Below, piece by piece: positions 61,501-64,000 of a stretch of 64,000 nucleotides of DNA; position 1 is the first letter of the stretch, and each line of letters opens with the position of its first letter. The position numbers were made by a program, and so were the translations under genes. Location: NCBI RefSeq assembly GCF_009914755.1, contig NC_060937.1. One strand, 5' to 3'. Below the pieces are notes generated by a model. That model was not told the DNA's origin. It saw only the letters and a program-made list of their open reading frames with translations, and ran no database searches. This stretch comes from the human T2T-CHM13v2.0 reference genome, Homo sapiens.

Positions 61501-64000
61501 ATATCAAAGTACCCAAACTATATATGATATAGTGTACATAAAATATGAAATTACATCAAATATATATTATATTAGGTACATAAAATATGAAAGTACATCA
61601 AATATATATTATATACTGTACATAAAATACCAAAGTACCCCAAATATATATTATATACTGTACATGAAATATCAAAGTTCACAAACTATATATTATATAC
61701 TGTATATAAAATATCAAAGTACCCAAGGTATATATTCTATACTGTACAAAAAATATCAAAGTACCCAAAGCATGTATTATATACTGTTTATAAAATATGA
61801 AAGTACATCAAATATATATTTTATTCTGTACATAAAATATCAAATTGCACCAAATATATATTCTATAGTGTACATTAAATATCAAACTACCCAAACTGTA
61901 CATTATATACTGTACATAAAATATGAAATTACATCAATTATATATTATATTAGGTACATAAAATATGAAAGTACATCAAATATATATTATATACTGTACA
62001 TAAAATACCAAAGTACCCCAAATATATATTATATACTGTACATGAAATATCAAAGTTCACAAACTATATATTATATACTGTACATAAAATATCAAAGTAC
62101 CAAAGGTATATATTCTATACTGTACAAAAAATATCAAAGTACCCAAAGCATGTATTATATACTGTACATAAAATATGAAAGTACATCAAATATATATTTT
62201 ATTCTGTACATAAAATATCAAAGTACACCAAATATATATTCTATAGTTTACATAAAATATAAAAGTACCCAAACTATACATTATATACTGTACATAAAAT
62301 ATGAAATTACATCAAATATATATTATATTAGGTACATAAAATATGAAATTACATCAAATATATATTACATTAGGTACATAAAGTGTGAAAGTACATCAAA
62401 TATAGATTATATACTGTACATAAAATACCAAAGTACCCCAAATACATATTATATACTGTACATGAAATATCAAAGTTCACAAACTATATATTATATACTG
62501 TACATAAAATATCAAAGTACCCAAGGTATATATTCTATACTGTACAAAAAATATCAAAGTATGCAAAGCATGTATTATATACTGTACATAAAATATGAAA
62601 TTACATCAAATATATATTATATTAGGTACATAAAATATGAAAATACATCAAATATATATTATATACTCTACATAAAATACCAAAGTACCCCAAATACATA
62701 TTATATGCTGTACATTAAATATCAAAGTTCACAAACTATATATTATATACTGTACATAAAATATCAAAGTACCGAAGGGATATATTCTATACTGTACAAA
62801 AAATATCAAAGTACCCAAAGCATGTATTATATACTGTACATAAAATATGAAAGTACATCAAATATATATTTTATTCTGTACATAAAATATCAAAGTACAC
62901 CAAATATATATTCTATAGTGTACATAAAATATCAAAGTACCCAAACTATACATTATATACTGTACATAAAATATGAAATTACATCAAATATATATTATAT
63001 TAGGTACATAAAATATGAAAGTACATCAAATATTGATTATACACTGTACATAAAATACCAAAGAACCCCAAATATATATTATATACTGTACATGAAATAT
63101 CAAAGTTCACAAACTATATATTATATAATGTACATAAAATATCAAAGTACCCAAGGTATATATTCTATACTGTACAAAAAATATCAAAGTACCCAAAGCA
63201 TGTATTATATAGTGTATATAAAATATGAAAGTACATCAAATATATATTTAATTCTGTACATAAAATATCAAAGTACACCAAATATATATTCTATACTGTA
63301 CATAAAATATCAAAGTACCCAAACTATACATTATATACTGTAGATAAAATATGAAATTACATCAAATATATATTATATTAGGTACATAAAATTTGAAAGT
63401 ACATCAAATATAGATTATACACTGTATATAAAATACCAAAGAACCCCAAATATATATTATATACTGTACATGAAATATCAAAGTTCACAAACTATATATT
63501 ATATACTGTACATAAAATATCAAAGTACCCAAGGTATATATTCTATACTGTACAAAAAATATCAAAGTACCCAAAGCATGTATTATATACTGTTCATAAA
63601 ATATGAAAGTACATCAAATATATATTTTATTCTGTACATAAAATATCTAAGTACACCAAATATATATTCTATAGTGTACATAAAATATGAAATTACCCAA
63701 ACTATACATTATATACTGTACATAAAATATGAAATTACATCAAATATATATTATATTAGGTACATAAAATATGAAAGTACATCAAATATATATTATATAC
63801 TGTACATAAAATACCAAAGTACCCCAAATACATATTATATACTGTACATGAAATATCAAAGTTCACAAACTATATATTATATACTGTACATAAAATATCA
63901 AAGTACCGAAGGGATATATTCTATACTGTACAAAAAATATCAAAGTACCCAAAGCATGTATTATATACTGTACATAAAATATGAAAGTACATGAAATATA
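61501..64000 (+). repeat. HSat1A domain 5, subfamily N, closest to domain 1
   Basis: N markers plus domain-1-type variants: cgaaggga (62773, 63907), acactgtacataaaataccaaagaacccc (~63041), atagtgtatataaa (~63209), tttaattctg (~63247). Confidence 0.8.

Larger units (their letters stand above)
1..64000 (+). repeat. HSat1A (Satellite I / SAR) tandem array: 42-bp monomer, 378-bp 9-mer HOR, single orientation, running off both window ends
   Basis: Monomer example: cataaaatatcaaagtacccaaggtatatattctatactgta (42 bp). GTAC occurs twice per monomer at 17/25-bp spacing, matching the classical 17+25 bp Satellite I description. The monomer A start (atgaaatatcaaagttcac) recurs at 378-bp steps (123, 501; 3944, 4322, 4700). 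The + strand is A-rich and G-poor throughout. Confidence 0.97.

Noticed and set aside
123-63994. The many + strand ORFs (up to 1364 aa) as protein-coding genes
   Set aside because: They are translations of a 42-bp satellite. There are no unique termini or domains, and stops and frameshifts track the repeat variants.
1-64000. CRISPR-like repeat-spacer array (conserved tgtacataaaatat with variable intervals)
   Set aside because: The intervening sequences are homologous and recur every nine monomers. There are no unique spacers, leader or cas genes.
1-64000. TATA boxes, LexA-like ctgtatata motifs and steroid-receptor-like TGTACA half-sites as regulatory elements
   Set aside because: They are expected by chance from the repeat composition. 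No complete site or associated gene is visible.
1-64000. Transposon insertion, inversion or unique-sequence island
   Set aside because: None was seen on reading. Monomer phase and orientation continue throughout.
1-64000. Assignment to a specific chromosome or species
   Set aside because: HSat1A occurs on several human chromosomes and in related apes. Placement needs an alignment I cannot run.

Overview
The whole 64 kb window is one uninterrupted, single-orientation tandem array of a very AT-rich 42-bp satellite (roughly 75-80% A+T from hand counts of two monomers). The monomer and its 378-bp nine-monomer higher-order repeat (HOR) match human/hominid Satellite 1A (HSat1A, classical Satellite I, Repbase 'SAR'). 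I see no genes, RNA genes, transposons, CRISPR arrays or inversions. The long 'IKYQST...' ORFs arise because 42 is divisible by 3 and one + strand frame of the consensus lacks stops. I found no evidence for a new protein-based system. The interesting signal is the array's internal structure. Naming monomers by their translation (A=MKYQSSQT, B=QSTQG, C=KKYQSTQSM, D=ESTSNIYF, E=QSTPN/D-IYS, F=QSTQTIH, G=EITSN, H=ESTSNID, I=QSTPNIYY), two HOR subfamilies alternate in five domains (N-D-N-D-N). The D subfamily has a 373/378-bp dimeric period. There are 4-, 6-, 7-, 10- and 12-monomer HOR variants, nested multi-kb duplications, a likely conversion patch, signs of CpG decay, and near-identity between the two ends of the window. 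All offsets were read by eye from diagnostic variants and need computational confirmation.
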